Of a stretch of DNA of 64,000 nucleotides, positions 18,373 through 29,538 are shown one piece after another. Position numbers and translations under genes: made by a program. The notes under the pieces were generated by a model that saw only the letters and a program-made list of their open reading frames with translations, was not told the DNA's origin and searched no databases. Each line of letters starts with the position of its first letter. Within the stretch, counting starts at the first letter, position 1. This DNA is from a virus: positions 5,748 through 69,747 of the IMG/VR virus record IMGVR_UViG_3300044858_004394; one strand, 5' to 3'.

Positions 18373-19454
18373 GGTCCCTCCGTAAATCTCTGTCGCAGAA
18401 CAGTGGATAAGCCCTCGTCACCTCGTTGCGCCCATGATCCACAATCACGAACCCCTGACAGGGCCGCTCGCGACTTGGTGACTTGATGTGGACAGCGTAT
18501 GCCGTGTGTCCAATAAGCGAGCCGTTGGCGACGTATCGTGCGCCGCGCAACCACCCCCAGTTGTGATAATGGCCGAAGATCGTCAGGTCCGCGCGGCGAT
18601 GTGAATCCCACGCCGCGATGGCCTTGCCGGCAGGAAGTGCGAGGCCGTAATTCCCGCCAGAGTAGCGAATGGAATGACCGTGGGTGCAGCGAACGACGAA
18701 GCCGTCGAGGTCAACGTACCCAAGGTGGCCCTCGCTGATCTGCCAAGACACGTTCGCGTTCTTCTCCTCCGCCGCGAGCGTGTGGTACATGAGTTGTTCC
18801 CATGAATGCTCTAGCTCTGTTGCGATCCTGTTTTTCTCTGTACTCCGACCATGATTGCCTGCGTTCGTCGCAATGATCACGGAGTCGGCGTGCTTCGCGA
18901 CCGTGTCGATGAGTCCGCGGAGCCTCGCTTGTATCCATCGTGTCGCGTTCATGGGCGATAACTGCGCTACTTCAGCGCAGTCCGGATGGATATGCCCCGT
19001 CAGGAAATCGCCTCCCAGCCAAATGAGGATGCGGTTGATGTCCGCTTGATTGCGCTCGTGCCGAAGGTTCTCAAGGAACCGCTCCTGCAATTCGTCGAGC
19101 CGCTGTTGACACACGTCAAGCGAGTAGTCGTTTTCGTAGTTGACCGTGGCCGGCTCCACTCGCTCTTCGCAGTGGACATCGCTCATCATGAGGATTGCCG
19201 TGGCAGCGTGCTTCGTGCTGGCGCGTGTGGCCCGCGAGTTCATCCGCACGGGCTGCACGCCTTTGAGCGAGACGATGGCGTCCGCTCTCTCCCGCTCGCG
19301 GTCGATCTGCGCGAGCGCGGACTTGTACCTGCCTCGCAGCGCAGCCACCTCTGCCCGCAGCCGCGCAAGCTCCGCGTCCGCGGCAAGCTGCTTCGCCGAC
19401 TCCATGTGCCCTGCAACGCTGTCGCTCAGGCTTTTTCTTGTCGCTCTAGCCAAT
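18302..19454 (-). CDS. Calcineurin-like metallophosphoesterase
   Basis: SDVH, GGD, GNHGR, HGH and GHYH motifs. Confidence 0.85.
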
Positions 19455-19692
19455 CGATCACCCCCTGTCTGCCGGCCGTGTGCCATCCACGTTCTTTCGC
19501 AGATTCAATGATCGCGCGAGCCAAGGCGTTCTTGTTGTGAGACGCAGGGTCGAACCGCTTCTTTATTTCAAGTAGCTCGGCCTGCGCGGACGGGTCGAGC
19601 CGGTCGAACCAACTCTTGAACCCCGGAAGCTTCCTGCCTGCGTTCGCAAACACTTCATCTGCGAGGCTTTGGGGCTTTTGATCCTTTGCCAC
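19426..19692 (-). CDS. Hypothetical protein
   Basis: SWFDRLDP...GRQGVIDWL; GTG start. Confidence 0.5.
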   Translation of the reverse strand: MAKDQKPQSLADEVFANAGRKLPGFKSWFDRLDPSAQAELLEIKKRFDPASHNKNALARAIIESAKERGWHTAGRQGVIDWLERQEKA

Positions 19693-19843
19693 GGCGTTTG
19701 CCCTCCGGTGACTTGCCTCTCCTGAGGACGATGTTTCCATCCTCGTCAGGGATCGGGCAGGTGTGTTCTTCGTCGTCGTCGTGCAGAGGCTCGGCGTCAA
19801 ACTGCGGACGGTCCGTCGCCTGCGGCTTTGTTTTGCGAGCCAT
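19655..19843 (-). CDS. Small acidic/basic hypothetical protein
   Basis: MARKTKPQ...DDDEEH...PIPDEDG. Confidence 0.45.
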   Translation of the reverse strand: MARKTKPQATDRPQFDAEPLHDDDEEHTCPIPDEDGNIVLRRGKSPEGKRRGKGSKAPKPRR

Positions 19844-19865
19844 GTGCCTTAGTGTGGAAAACTCG

Positions 19866-20186
19866 TCAAGGCAGATAGAAGTTCGCCACCTTGATCGCGG
19901 CGTTTCGCACGGCAATCTGGGCTTTGTTGCCGACTTCGTTCAGCCATTTCTGCCGTTGGGCACACCCGCACCCGCCGGGCTTGCCTGACCTGCGTGTCAG
20001 GGCTTCGACCCGCTCCTTTGTGATGCCGATGGCCGTGAGGCCACGTTCCACTAGGTCTCCAACCGGTATAGGTCGCCAGACCTTTTCCGGCACCGGGCGA
20101 CACTGGCGGTACGTTGGCAGGCGCTTGGCAACGTAGCCGCAGGCCGGACAAGTCTGCGCCGGATTGTTGAAGTCGCACAGGCTCAT
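19866..20186 (-). CDS. Cys-rich protein at end of tail module
   Basis: CPACG...VGDLVERGLTAIGIT...GCGCAQRQKWLN. Confidence 0.55.
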   Translation of the reverse strand: MSLCDFNNPAQTCPACGYVAKRLPTYRQCRPVPEKVWRPIPVGDLVERGLTAIGITKERVEALTRRSGKPGGCGCAQRQKWLNEVGNKAQIAVRNAAIKVANFYLP

Positions 20187-22438
20187 GAAATAGTTACCGT
20201 GCCTGCCGTTTTGGAAAGGTCTCCGAATGAACCGCTTTCGCCGGACGGGCTGCAAATTGGAGTTTCAACACAGTAACCGCATTGATCTTCTTGCCCGCCG
20301 AGCGAAAAGAAGTTGTATGCGATAAAAGACGAATTATTTGCCCCGAAGAAGTGATAGATGGTTGCGTCTACTTGTAACTCGCATTTTGGCGGGCATTGCG
20401 AACACGCCTGTTCGCAAGCCTCGTGGCGAATCTTGACGGATAACACCGCAAGCGGATTGAGGTTGTCATTTGTTGGCGTGCCGAAAAACTGCCACCACAG
20501 CGGAAATGGATTATTTGCTGGCAAAACATACGTGCCAGAGAAATCACCCAACCCGCTTGGACGGCTGGTGTTCCATGTGTCTGTTACTTCAACTTCAATT
20601 TCCTCTGGAGGAGCTTCCTCGCCGCGGCAGCAGACATGGCACGCCGACGCGTATGGGCCGACGTTTGTCGAAACGTATGGGTTAGGGTATTTCGCAGTCG
20701 CGCTGTAGTCGCCACCCGGAACCACGGAGATGCTTGCGCCGCTGCCGTTGATTGCTGTTAGCGCGAAATCGGCGCAAGAGGTAGGAGAGTCTCCAGCCCA
20801 GTTTTGCGAGCACGCGGATGGTCCTGTTTCCTCTGTGTCACTGAATGCTCCGGACAGCGAGGCGGTTGCCGGAACCCCCTCGCCGTTGAACGCAACGGTC
20901 AGCAGAAGGCTTTCAATGATCCGCGGAGACCCTACAGAGTCCTCCAGCAGTCTGTATCCGCCACAAAAGATATGCACGTATCGGCATGGGTCCGCTGGGT
21001 CTTTTTGCAGCACAACTTCAGTGCCGTTCAAGTAAGCCCCGCAGCACAGTTCAGTCCCAACAAACTCCCACGCCAGATAGTCGTCCCCGCCGTCGTCGAT
21101 CGTGATGCCAGTGATTTGCCCAAAGGTTTCGCTGGCAGTGTCATCGTCAACCACAGCTAAAAGCGTTGCGCCGCTGCCAGTGCTCGGAGCGGTCTGCGTG
21201 ATTGTAATTGTGATGGACGACACCAACGGGTCTTCGCTTGCGTCCTCGCGGTAATACGATCCTCCGCCATCGACGTTGACGCTCTGTGGTATGCCCGTCT
21301 CGTGGTAGTATTCGCCACCCGAGGACACTTCGACTTCATTAAGCTCATCTGACAGGTCATAGAACAAGCCTCCGCTGGCGGTAAGTGCCGTGATGCCGCC
21401 GGTGCCATTGGTCGAAGTTACTTCGCCGACAATAAACCCATCGGCCCCGATGCCGCTGGGGTTCGTGTTGAACGCCGCAATCAAGTCGCCGACCGTGTAT
21501 CCGCTGCCTGCGGCAGTGATGGTCGCTGACGCAACCTGCCATGCGTCACGGCCGTCCGGTCCTGTCGTCTGGCTAAGCGTGGCCGACAGCGTTGCACCAG
21601 TGCCAGAAGCGAATGGCGCGAACGGCTCGATGGATACTGTCGGCTGAAGTCGCACGGTACGGTAGACGCCGACTGCTGGAGTGACCTCAACATCGTCGGT
21701 GTCATACTCAATCACCAGCGGGTCTCCGTCAACGTAGCCCGAGCCGCCGCTAGTCACCGTGACAGAGTCCACGCCCCATGTGCCGTCAAGGTTATCCACA
21801 AGCGTGACTGTGGCGGTAGCGGTTCCGGCAACAGAAAGCGTCGGTTCTGTAGCTGTGTAAACGGTGGCCGTCGCTGCCGACACCTCGGTGTCTCCACTAG
21901 CCGCACTGATTGTTAGTTGCGACAGGTGTACGTAACCCGTGCCACCAGAGACCGACACAGAATCCAGAGACCACGTTGGCACGCCGCACCCGTCGTTTGT
22001 GCTTGTCAGCGTCGGCGTAAACGTCGCACCGCTGCCACTGCCACCCGATATCGTGAGGGTAGGAGCAACACGGCCAAGGACTGCGTATCCGCTACCGCCG
22101 TTTGTCACCTCAACCGCCGAGGTCGGCCCTTTGTCCGTATCTGGGTCGCCGCCGGGGTCCGTTACTTCTGCCGAAGCGCCGCTGCCGAAGCACGAAGCAA
22201 AAGACAGCGAAATCAGGTCCGGCCCTTGCACTGGAATGCTGTCTGGAAATCCCGACAGCGTTGCTGTGACTGTCTCCGGAAGCCGCCCCGACGTGCAGAG
22301 CGTGCATGGATTGCAGCAGGGCGAACAACTCGACCCGAGCATGAATCCGACAGGATACATGCCAGCCGCGAAGATCAGCAGTCCCCACAACGGCGCGGAC
22401 GTTGGCTCTGAAACGACGACGGCGAGCAGTTCAATCAT
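20183..22438 (-). CDS. Tail/receptor-binding-like protein with G/S/T-rich beta repeats and Cys-rich ends
   Basis: Repeated (V/I)TxGGSGY motifs; position downstream of the tape measure gene. Confidence 0.6.
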   Translation of the reverse strand: MIELLAVVVSEPTSAPLWGLLIFAAGMYPVGFMLGSSCSPCCNPCTLCTSGRLPETVTATLSGFPDSIPVQGPDLISLSFASCFGSGASAEVTDPGGDPDTDKGPTSAVEVTNGGSGYAVLGRVAPTLTISGGSGSGATFTPTLTSTNDGCGVPTWSLDSVSVSGGTGYVHLSQLTISAASGDTEVSAATATVYTATEPTLSVAGTATATVTLVDNLDGTWGVDSVTVTSGGSGYVDGDPLVIEYDTDDVEVTPAVGVYRTVRLQPTVSIEPFAPFASGTGATLSATLSQTTGPDGRDAWQVASATITAAGSGYTVGDLIAAFNTNPSGIGADGFIVGEVTSTNGTGGITALTASGGLFYDLSDELNEVEVSSGGEYYHETGIPQSVNVDGGGSYYREDASEDPLVSSITITITQTAPSTGSGATLLAVVDDDTASETFGQITGITIDDGGDDYLAWEFVGTELCCGAYLNGTEVVLQKDPADPCRYVHIFCGGYRLLEDSVGSPRIIESLLLTVAFNGEGVPATASLSGAFSDTEETGPSACSQNWAGDSPTSCADFALTAINGSGASISVVPGGDYSATAKYPNPYVSTNVGPYASACHVCCRGEEAPPEEIEVEVTDTWNTSRPSGLGDFSGTYVLPANNPFPLWWQFFGTPTNDNLNPLAVLSVKIRHEACEQACSQCPPKCELQVDATIYHFFGANNSSFIAYNFFSLGGQEDQCGYCVETPICSPSGESGSFGDLSKTAGTVTIS

Positions 22439-22822
22439 TCAGCACTCCGCAGCGATCAGGTACCACGCGGTCCCCTCGCGAGCGATGGCGCAGTTTCGGG
22501 CAGAGGCCGCCGTGCCGATATCCGCGAATAGGTTGCTGGAAGATACGGTATTCGGCGTGCTCGTCGTGTACTTGAACGTCACGGTTTTGAGCGTGTTCTT
22601 TGACCATGCACCAGTAAACGTGCAGACGCGAAACACCTTCCTTGCAGCCGGAGGGGGCGCACCGAACGCCAGTGATTTGCCCGCCGCTGGCGGTAGAGCC
22701 TCAAACACCAGCGGTTTGCCAGCGGGTACTTGATTCTCCACCGTCAGCACCGCCCGCCCGATCCGCTCCGCAGCGTCGGGCGTGAACTGCACAACGTCCT
22801 GCGGGCGTCGAAGCGGGATCAC
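22439..22822 (-). CDS. Putative tail protein
   Basis: Position in tail module; C-terminal WYLIAAEC. Confidence 0.5.
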   Translation of the reverse strand: MIPLRRPQDVVQFTPDAAERIGRAVLTVENQVPAGKPLVFEALPPAAGKSLAFGAPPPAARKVFRVCTFTGAWSKNTLKTVTFKYTTSTPNTVSSSNLFADIGTAASARNCAIAREGTAWYLIAAEC

Positions 22823-23739
22823 GACGGCATCGCTCCAAAGATCGTGGTGAAATTGGCCTCTGGCAGAACGCGGCGCTCAAGGATCGCCGGGGCGCCGCCT
22901 GTTTGCGCGCCGCTGCCGTTGAGTCCCACCGGGTTCGGAGAGGCGATCCACTCGCCGTTCTGAAAATCAAAGACCATCGCCCTGCGCTTCTGCACGCCGT
23001 CGATGAAATTGAAGCCAACGTCCGGAAGCTGGAGGTTCCACCCCGTCTGTCTGTACTGGAGTTCTGCGGTCACCTGCCAGTACTTTGCCACCGCGGCGGA
23101 GAACTCCTCCTGCACAAAGGCGATGTTCACGCCCGTGACCTTGAACGTGTGGGCCGGGGCGCCGCCGTACGTGGCGTTGTTCAAGTGGTTGATGCTTGCG
23201 GCCTGCGTGTAGGGGAAAAACTGCCCGTACGTGTTTTGGTCTTGGTTCGCGCTCGGGCCAAAATTCTTCACGACGGTGAATCGAACCATCGCCTCAGAGG
23301 CCGTCAGCCCTTGATAGTAGTCATAGGCGGAGTTCGTGAGCGGTAGCCTTGTGTTGTTGCCGCTCCCGGAGTAGTAGTACAGCGCCGGGACTTCGGCGGA
23401 GCCAGACTGACTGGCCCACTGCGCGGCTCGCGCAGACGGAAACACCAGTTCTTCGTCGCGGATAAGGCCGTACTCTGCCTCGATCAGAGCCTTGTACGGG
23501 TCGCCTTCGTAGTGCTCGCTATAGCTGATCTTGCGGCATCGCAGCCACGGCTGACTTGGGTGTGAGGCCCCCCACTGAAAAGACGGCGCGGCGATCCCCG
23601 CCAAGTCGAAGTCTATTAGAGGGTTTCCGGTCAGCGTGTTGTCATCGAGGATGGCAACCCACTGCCGACGCGCAATCGACGCCTTGCCAAGCTCAAGCTC
23701 GGCGCGGCGCGGAAGCTCGACGATTGATTTGATACCCAT
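22819..23739 (-). CDS. Putative distal tail/baseplate protein
   Basis: Immediately downstream of the tape measure gene. Confidence 0.5.
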   Translation of the reverse strand: MGIKSIVELPRRAELELGKASIARRQWVAILDDNTLTGNPLIDFDLAGIAAPSFQWGASHPSQPWLRCRKISYSEHYEGDPYKALIEAEYGLIRDEELVFPSARAAQWASQSGSAEVPALYYYSGSGNNTRLPLTNSAYDYYQGLTASEAMVRFTVVKNFGPSANQDQNTYGQFFPYTQAASINHLNNATYGGAPAHTFKVTGVNIAFVQEEFSAAVAKYWQVTAELQYRQTGWNLQLPDVGFNFIDGVQKRRAMVFDFQNGEWIASPNPVGLNGSGAQTGGAPAILERRVLPEANFTTIFGAMPS

Positions 23740-23740
23740 G

Positions 23741-26700
23741 TCAGTTGCCAGTCAGCCTCGCGTACCCGACGATGGAAACAGGTGCGTTTACGTTTCTAAC
23801 GACCTGCTCAAGGGCGGCGTTTGCAATTTGCTGAAGCAGTTTCGTTTGAAGCCGCTGTTCGATCAGTGCCGGGTCTTGCCGGCCAAGCTCAAGGCCCAGC
23901 ACAAGGTCGGCACCCTGTTGTGTGCGAACGTCGATGCCCTGAATCGTCCGCGAGCCTAGCGTGTTCAATTCCTGAAGCCGCTGAACGTCGCGCTCAAACT
24001 CCGCCTGCCGCTCCGCGGCGATCTGGTTCAATACGTTTTCGCGCTGCTCTTGCCTCTGCTGCTGTTCTCTCTCGTACTGCTCGGCCAACTGACGCTGTTG
24101 TTCGGCGGCGGCCCTCTGGTCTGCCAGAACCTGATCCTGAAGCTTTTGCTGTCCGCGGAATTTTTCGTTGATGATGTCTTTTTCACCGCGCATGGCCTGT
24201 TGCAAGGCGCGGATGCGCTGCACGGCCGCTCTCCCGGCCTGTGCGTCCAATTCGCCGGCCTCTCTCGCTGCGTTCAGCGCCGCCCTTTCGACATCGATGC
24301 GATCCTGAATCGCCTTGATGTTGAGCGCTGCTTCGCGCTTTCTCGCGGCGACTGCGTCTTCGGCGTCGATCTCCGCCTTCTTGCGCCCCTCGATCTGCTC
24401 CTTCAGAAACGCGTCTACTCTGTTCGCGGCGGCGACCTTGGCGTCAAATATGTCCTTCTGGCCCTGAAGCTCTCGCTGCTTCCTCTCCTCCAGCCGCTGT
24501 AGCTCCAGCTTGAAAACCTGCTCCGCGTTGGCGATGGCTTGCTGATCAATCTGGATGCCGCGCTCTCTTGCGTCCTGTTGGGCCTTCGCCACGAACTGCG
24601 TGAAGGTGGCCGCGGCCACGGCCCCTTCGTTGCCGAACTGCGAGGCACTTGCGATCAGCGACTGGAAGCCTTGGTTCATCGACTCAAAGGCTTTGTCGAA
24701 CCCCTCGCCGTACCCCATCTCGGCGGCCTGCTGCTGTTCGTCAAGCTGTTCGCGAAGTTTCTCAACGTCCTTCAGCCGCTGCTCTGACGCCGCAAGCTGC
24801 GCGTCGTTGCGTAGGGTTGCGGATCGCCGCATGAACTCCTCGGCGCTGATGCTGGAGTCGCTTGCCAAGTCCTCGATCTCAGACTCGATCCTTGCCCGCT
24901 TGAAGCCAATCTCGTCTTGCAGCCGAAGCCGTTCCTCAGAGAGCGCATTTACCTGCTTTTCAAGCTCCGTCTCCTCTTGGCTCTTCTTGAGAAGCGTGTC
25001 CACGAGCTTGGCCCGCTCTTCCACAGCCGCAAGTCGTTCCTTCTCGACCTGCAAGCCAGTCTTCTGGCCGTCGGCCATCTGTTGTTCCATGTCGCGGGCT
25101 TCACGGAGACGCACGACCTTTGCGTCAATGGCCGCTGCGGCGTCTGTGTCGTTGTCTTTCCGTGCTTTGGCCGCGTTCTCCTCCAGCCTCGCGATCTCGC
25201 GATTGATCGCAGACACGTTCTGGAGTGCCTTTGCGCGGGAGGCGTCTCCACCCATCAGCTTTTGAAGCTGAAGCTGCTCCTTGAGCGCGTCGTTCTCTTT
25301 CAGAATCTGATTGGCGATCTGCGTGTCTGTTTGGATGCGGGCTTTGTTCTCCTCTTCAATCGCGAGAAGCTCGCCCCGGACTCCCTTTACAAGCTCAAGC
25401 TGCTCCTCAAACTGCCTCTTCGCTTCCGCGAGCCGCTTGGCGTACTCTTCAGCGCCGATGTCCTCAAGCTCTCGATTGAGCCGCGCGACAGCCCTCTGAA
25501 AATCTGACGCAGCCACGAAGCCGGACTGGCCGAACTGCCCCGCCTTCGCAATGGCGTCGCCGAGTGCTTGGTTTCCCTTTTCAAGAGCGTCCTTCATGGT
25601 CTGCGACAGTTCGTCCGCAGCCGCAGCCGTGGCTCGGATCGATGTCGTGGCCGCTCCGCCGTAGCCTGTGATTTGCCTGAACCAGTTGGTTATGTCTCGG
25701 CTTAGGAAATCGATGACTCGGCCGACTCCCTTCAGAAAGTCTGCAATCGGCTTTAGCGCGATGTTCACGAGACGCAATGCCACGCCTATGACCTGCCCTA
25801 GCACATTCGCAAAAACACCAAAGCCACTTAGAAGAGGCGACAGGGCGTCCAGTACAATCCCGAATGTTTTCCCTAGTTCAGAGATGACAGGTGCGAGGCC
25901 GTCGGCGACGCTCTTGGCAATGCCGATGAACGGCGTAAGCACCTCGTTTCCAACGCCCCGTATCGCGGCGCCAACGTCGTTGAACGAGTTGCCAAGGTCG
26001 AGCACACGCTTGACATCTACCTCCGAGAGCCTCGCGTTGAAGCGGTCCAGCCGCTGCTCTGCTTCGCCAAGGTTCTCCAAGAACGGCAGAAGCTCCGCGC
26101 CAGACTTTCCGAAGATGGCGACGGCCGCCGTGGCCCGCTTTGCCGGGTCTTCAATCGCCAGAAGTTGCGTTGCTATGGTGCAAATCGTCTATTCGGTGTT
26201 TTCGCCCTTGATCGACTCAAGGCTGATGCCGATGTTGCCAAGCGCTTTTGCCGCCTTCTGCCCCCGTTCGTCTGCGTTTGCAAGCGTTCGCAGGAGCCTT
26301 GTCGTGGCGGAGTTTACTTGCTGAAAGGACACGCCAGTAGTTTTGGCCGCTTCTTGCAGGGTCTCTATGAACCTGAACGAGACCCCAAGCTTGTTGGCAG
26401 TGTTCTGAAGCTTCTGTGTCTCCGCCTCAAGCCGCGAAAGCCCCGCCGCAACCGCACCTGAAGTGACCAAAAGCGCCGCAAGCTGGCCGACGGGGTTCAG
26501 CAGTATCGTTCCAAGCGTTGAAAAGACGCGACCGACACTCGCCCCAAGCGCCGGGAGGTCAGCTAGAGAGCGGCCGAGTCTCGTTATTGTTCCAGAGGCG
26601 CCCCGCACGTTGTTGAAAAAGTCGGCGACGTTGACCGCGGCTTGACCGAACACGCCGGGCAGAAGCCTCGCTGCCGCGGCTAATTCGCTTGTCCCCTCGG

Positions 26701-27526
26701 CGGCTTCCGTCGCCCCCTCGCCAGCCACAAAGAAGGCTTCCCCGGTCGCGCGCGACGCCTCCGCAAGCTCTGCGGCGCTCAATCCCTCGGCAGCGCGAGC
26801 GAGCGCGGCAGAATAGTTCTCAAGGGGCAGGACTCCTGCATCAAGAAGCTCCTGAAGCTCGCGCTGCTTCTCATAAAACCTGTCAAGATTCGTTAGCTGC
26901 GATTCAATGATGGCGTCGGCTTCTTTCTGAAGCTCCGCCTGCCTTCTAGTGGCCTCCGCCTCCGCGTCCTGCGCTTCCGCCGTCCGTCGCAACGCCTCCG
27001 CGTAGTCATCGAGCGAGCCGGTCCCCGACGCAACGCTGTCCGTGATCTCTGACAGAGACTCCGCCACCCCCGCCGTGCCATCTAATTCAATCTCAAAAGC
27101 ATCCGCGACAGCTTTTTGAAACGTCTCGGCATCCAGAGCGCCGGCGCGAAGCTGTTCCGCGTATTCGGAGAGAGACTCGACAGCGGTATCCTGAGAGTCC
27201 CCAAATGCTTTCGTCGTCTCTGCGGCTGCGGCGAACACATCGGAAGCCTGCTGCGCTTCCTCCCGTATCGCGGCGAACGACTCGGCGTACTGCTGCGCCG
27301 TGATCGTCTTCTCCTCAAGCTGCTGCGCAAGCGCGGCAAACCGCTCTCCGAACTGCTCCTGCGCTCTGGCCGCCGCGGCGGATTGCTCCGTGAACGGCTC
27401 AAAGACTTCCGTGATCTTCTCGACCTGCGTCCCGAGGGAGGCGAGTGCGCGTTCAAGCGGCGTGAGCTTGACGCCGGTGGCGTCAGCGTTGATCTTCAGC
27501 GCCAGCGAGAGGATGTCCCTAGCCAT
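23741..27526 (-). CDS. Tape measure protein interrupted by one in-frame TAG at 26189-26191
   Basis: ORFs 26189..27526 and 23741..26080 share a frame, linked by ENTE*TICTIATQLLAIEDPAKRATAAVAIFGKSGAELLPFL; A/E/Q-rich helical sequence after the chaperone genes. Confidence 0.8.
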
Positions 27527-27839
27527 CGTCCGTCTGCCCCAGTGCCGCGCGCAGTCCCATCAGTACGTCGATGACCTGCGATTCGTGCTGCGGGCGTTTC
27601 TCCAGCGGTATAAAGTCGTCGGCCTTGAAGGTCTTCCCCTTCGGCGCATGCGGGGCAAGCACCGCCGTGGTCAGTAACGCTGTCTGCCTCCACGGATCGG
27701 GAAGGGCTTCAAAGTAAGTCGAGTAAGCGACCCACTCAGTCAGTTCCTGAGAGTCCATCCTGTTGCATAGCTCTTTTACGGTCATTTTCAGGTGCCCGGC
27801 CAGACGAAACAGAAACTGTCTCGTCGGCAGGACACTCAA
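27519..27839 (-). CDS. Tail assembly chaperone, -1 frameshift extension (gpT-like)
   Basis: Lies in the -1 frame after the slippery site; FLFRLAGHLKMTVKEL...ELTEW. Confidence 0.75.
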   Translation of the reverse strand: MSVLPTRQFLFRLAGHLKMTVKELCNRMDSQELTEWVAYSTYFEALPDPWRQTALLTTAVLAPHAPKGKTFKADDFIPLEKRPQHESQVIDVLMGLRAALGQTDDG

Positions 27840-28180
27840 TCTTTTCCCATCGACTCGACATCCGCAGCGCTCATGCTGTTGTGAGAGATGGCCGCATCGA
27901 ACAGCCGCCCCATAACGGCACCGGACTTACTCGCAAGCTGCTCGACCTGAGAGCGACTGAAGAGCAGCTTGCCGTGTTCGTCGCACAGGACGCGAGCAAG
28001 GTACTCCGTCCTGAAGTTGTCAACGCCCGTCTCCCTCTTGCCCATCCACAGTTTTTCGTAGGCATCCCTTTCTCCCACGGACATGATCCGAACGTAGACA
28101 TCGCCACCCCACTCCGGGACGGTGATCTTTTTCAAGCCAAGGTCGTCGGCGGCAAGAATCTCGTCGGCTGTCAGAGCCAT
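27836..28180 (-). CDS. Tail assembly chaperone (gpG-like)
   Basis: MALTADEIL...VPEWGGDVYVR...LCDEHGKLLF. Confidence 0.8.
   Translation of the reverse strand: MALTADEILAADDLGLKKITVPEWGGDVYVRIMSVGERDAYEKLWMGKRETGVDNFRTEYLARVLCDEHGKLLFSRSQVEQLASKSGAVMGRLFDAAISHNSMSAADVESMGKD
27841..27848 (-). promoter_or_regulatory. -1 programmed ribosomal frameshift site GGGAAAAG
   Basis: ATG GGA AAA GAT TGA at the chaperone end; canonical G/GT arrangement before the tape measure gene. Confidence 0.8.
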
Positions 28181-28181
28181 T

Positions 28182-28628
28182 TCAGTTCGTCTCCTTTGAA
28201 AGCTTGAAGGTCGCTGTGAACCTCCAAACATCGTTCACTTTTGCGCCTGCCTCCAATGTCTGGCAGATGGCGTGAGTCGTCATCAGATACCCGGCCGTCT
28301 GGGTGGTCGATGTACCAACGAACGCCGTACCGCCGATTGAAAGCACTCGCTTCGCGCCCCACTGGTCGATGGACACATTGGCCGTCGAGAGGCACAGCAC
28401 TTCTATAGAACCGATGTCAACCGACCACGGCTTCTGAATCTGTGTGTAGGTGGTCGCCATTGTGGTAATCGGGCCGACCGCCGTGGAAAGCTTCACGGCA
28501 GAAAGCGACACGGTAGAAGCACCGCGTCCGAGCGGCAGACTGCCGCCGTAGGACGACCGCAGTTCGACGACCGTGCCGAACGCCGTGCCGCCCCACGATG
28601 CTGTGACGCCGGCGGTTATCAGTGCCAT
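28182..28628 (-). CDS. Tail tube-like protein 2
   Basis: Thr-rich beta protein ending in TATFKLS, directly before the chaperone. Confidence 0.5.
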   Translation of the reverse strand: MALITAGVTASWGGTAFGTVVELRSSYGGSLPLGRGASTVSLSAVKLSTAVGPITTMATTYTQIQKPWSVDIGSIEVLCLSTANVSIDQWGAKRVLSIGGTAFVGTSTTQTAGYLMTTHAICQTLEAGAKVNDVWRFTATFKLSKETN

Positions 28629-28646
28629 GACGGACCCCCGTCAGGC

Positions 28647-29114
28647 TTATTCGCTCAGTGCGGTCGTGCGGACGAGCGACAGCACCGCCTGCCCACGAAC
28701 GGCATCGTTGCCGGCAAACGTCACCGTGTTGCTCGACACCGTAGCGAAGTAATTGGTCGCCTTCGTCGCGTTCGACGACCCAATGATCGCCGTGCCGCCG
28801 ACGGTGATGAGAACCGTTCCGGTCGCACCGTCGAGCAGGAAGACGCTGGAGGCCGTGGAGGTCGAGGCGATGTAGTCGAACGTGATCTGACGACCCGAAT
28901 TGCCGTTCTCGTCTGGCACGACAAGCGGGCGGTCGATCCGTGCGGCCTGCTCTCCGGTCGTCTGGCCGAGATGGCTAACGTCGATCTTGGACTCCGCCGC
29001 GGCGGGGTTCGTGTTTGCGACGACGATGTTGGTGACCGTGTAGATGCTGGCGTCAAAACGCAGAACGGTCCCCTTGGTGGTCGCGTTTCCGTTGTGCGGC
29101 GTCAGATAACTCAC
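28647..29114 (-). CDS. Tail tube-like protein 1
   Basis: IDVSHLG...GRQITFDY; position in tail module. Confidence 0.55.
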   Translation of the reverse strand: MSYLTPHNGNATTKGTVLRFDASIYTVTNIVVANTNPAAAESKIDVSHLGQTTGEQAARIDRPLVVPDENGNSGRQITFDYIASTSTASSVFLLDGATGTVLITVGGTAIIGSSNATKATNYFATVSSNTVTFAGNDAVRGQAVLSLVRTTALSE

Positions 29115-29117
29115 GTT

Positions 29118-29537
29118 TCAAATCTCCTGCCAAAGAATTGTGTATGTCTGACTCACGGTGTAGACGGGCGGGAGGTCGCCTCCCGCCAGCGTCACGAATC
29201 CGTCAGCCTCGTTCAAAAGACTGACGTTCCGTACCGTGATCCAGTCTCCCAAAGCTCCCCCCCACCCATCCAGAGCATGGCGGCACTTGTCGGCAAGCTC
29301 TCTGGCGCCTTCGTACGTCTCTGAGTAGAGGTCAACCTGAAGCGTCACGGTCGGAATCCCCGCCGGCCCCGACAGGGTCATTTCCCGCTGTACTGCCACC
29401 CGACGCCACGTGATAAACGGGATCGCGGCGGTCGCCGGCGCCAGCACCGGGTAAATCCGCGTGCCGACCATCGCCGCGACGGACGGGTCTGACTTGAGCG
29501 CGTCGGCCAGAAGTGGCTCTGGTGCTTTTACGCTCAT
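29118..29537 (-). CDS. Tail completion/terminator protein (DUF3168-like)
   Basis: VGTRIYPVLAP...PFIT...LQVDLYS. Confidence 0.8.
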   Translation of the reverse strand: MSVKAPEPLLADALKSDPSVAAMVGTRIYPVLAPATAAIPFITWRRVAVQREMTLSGPAGIPTVTLQVDLYSETYEGARELADKCRHALDGWGGALGDWITVRNVSLLNEADGFVTLAGGDLPPVYTVSQTYTILWQEI

Positions 29538-29538
29538 T

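Noticed and set aside
26189-26191. Genome-wide TAG reassignment (alternative genetic code)
   Set aside because: TAG ends several clearly complete genes (integrase, primase, MTase) and other long genes are not fragmented
27836-27850. Tail chaperone frameshift as a novelty
   Set aside because: Canonical feature of long-tailed phages; listed only as a feature
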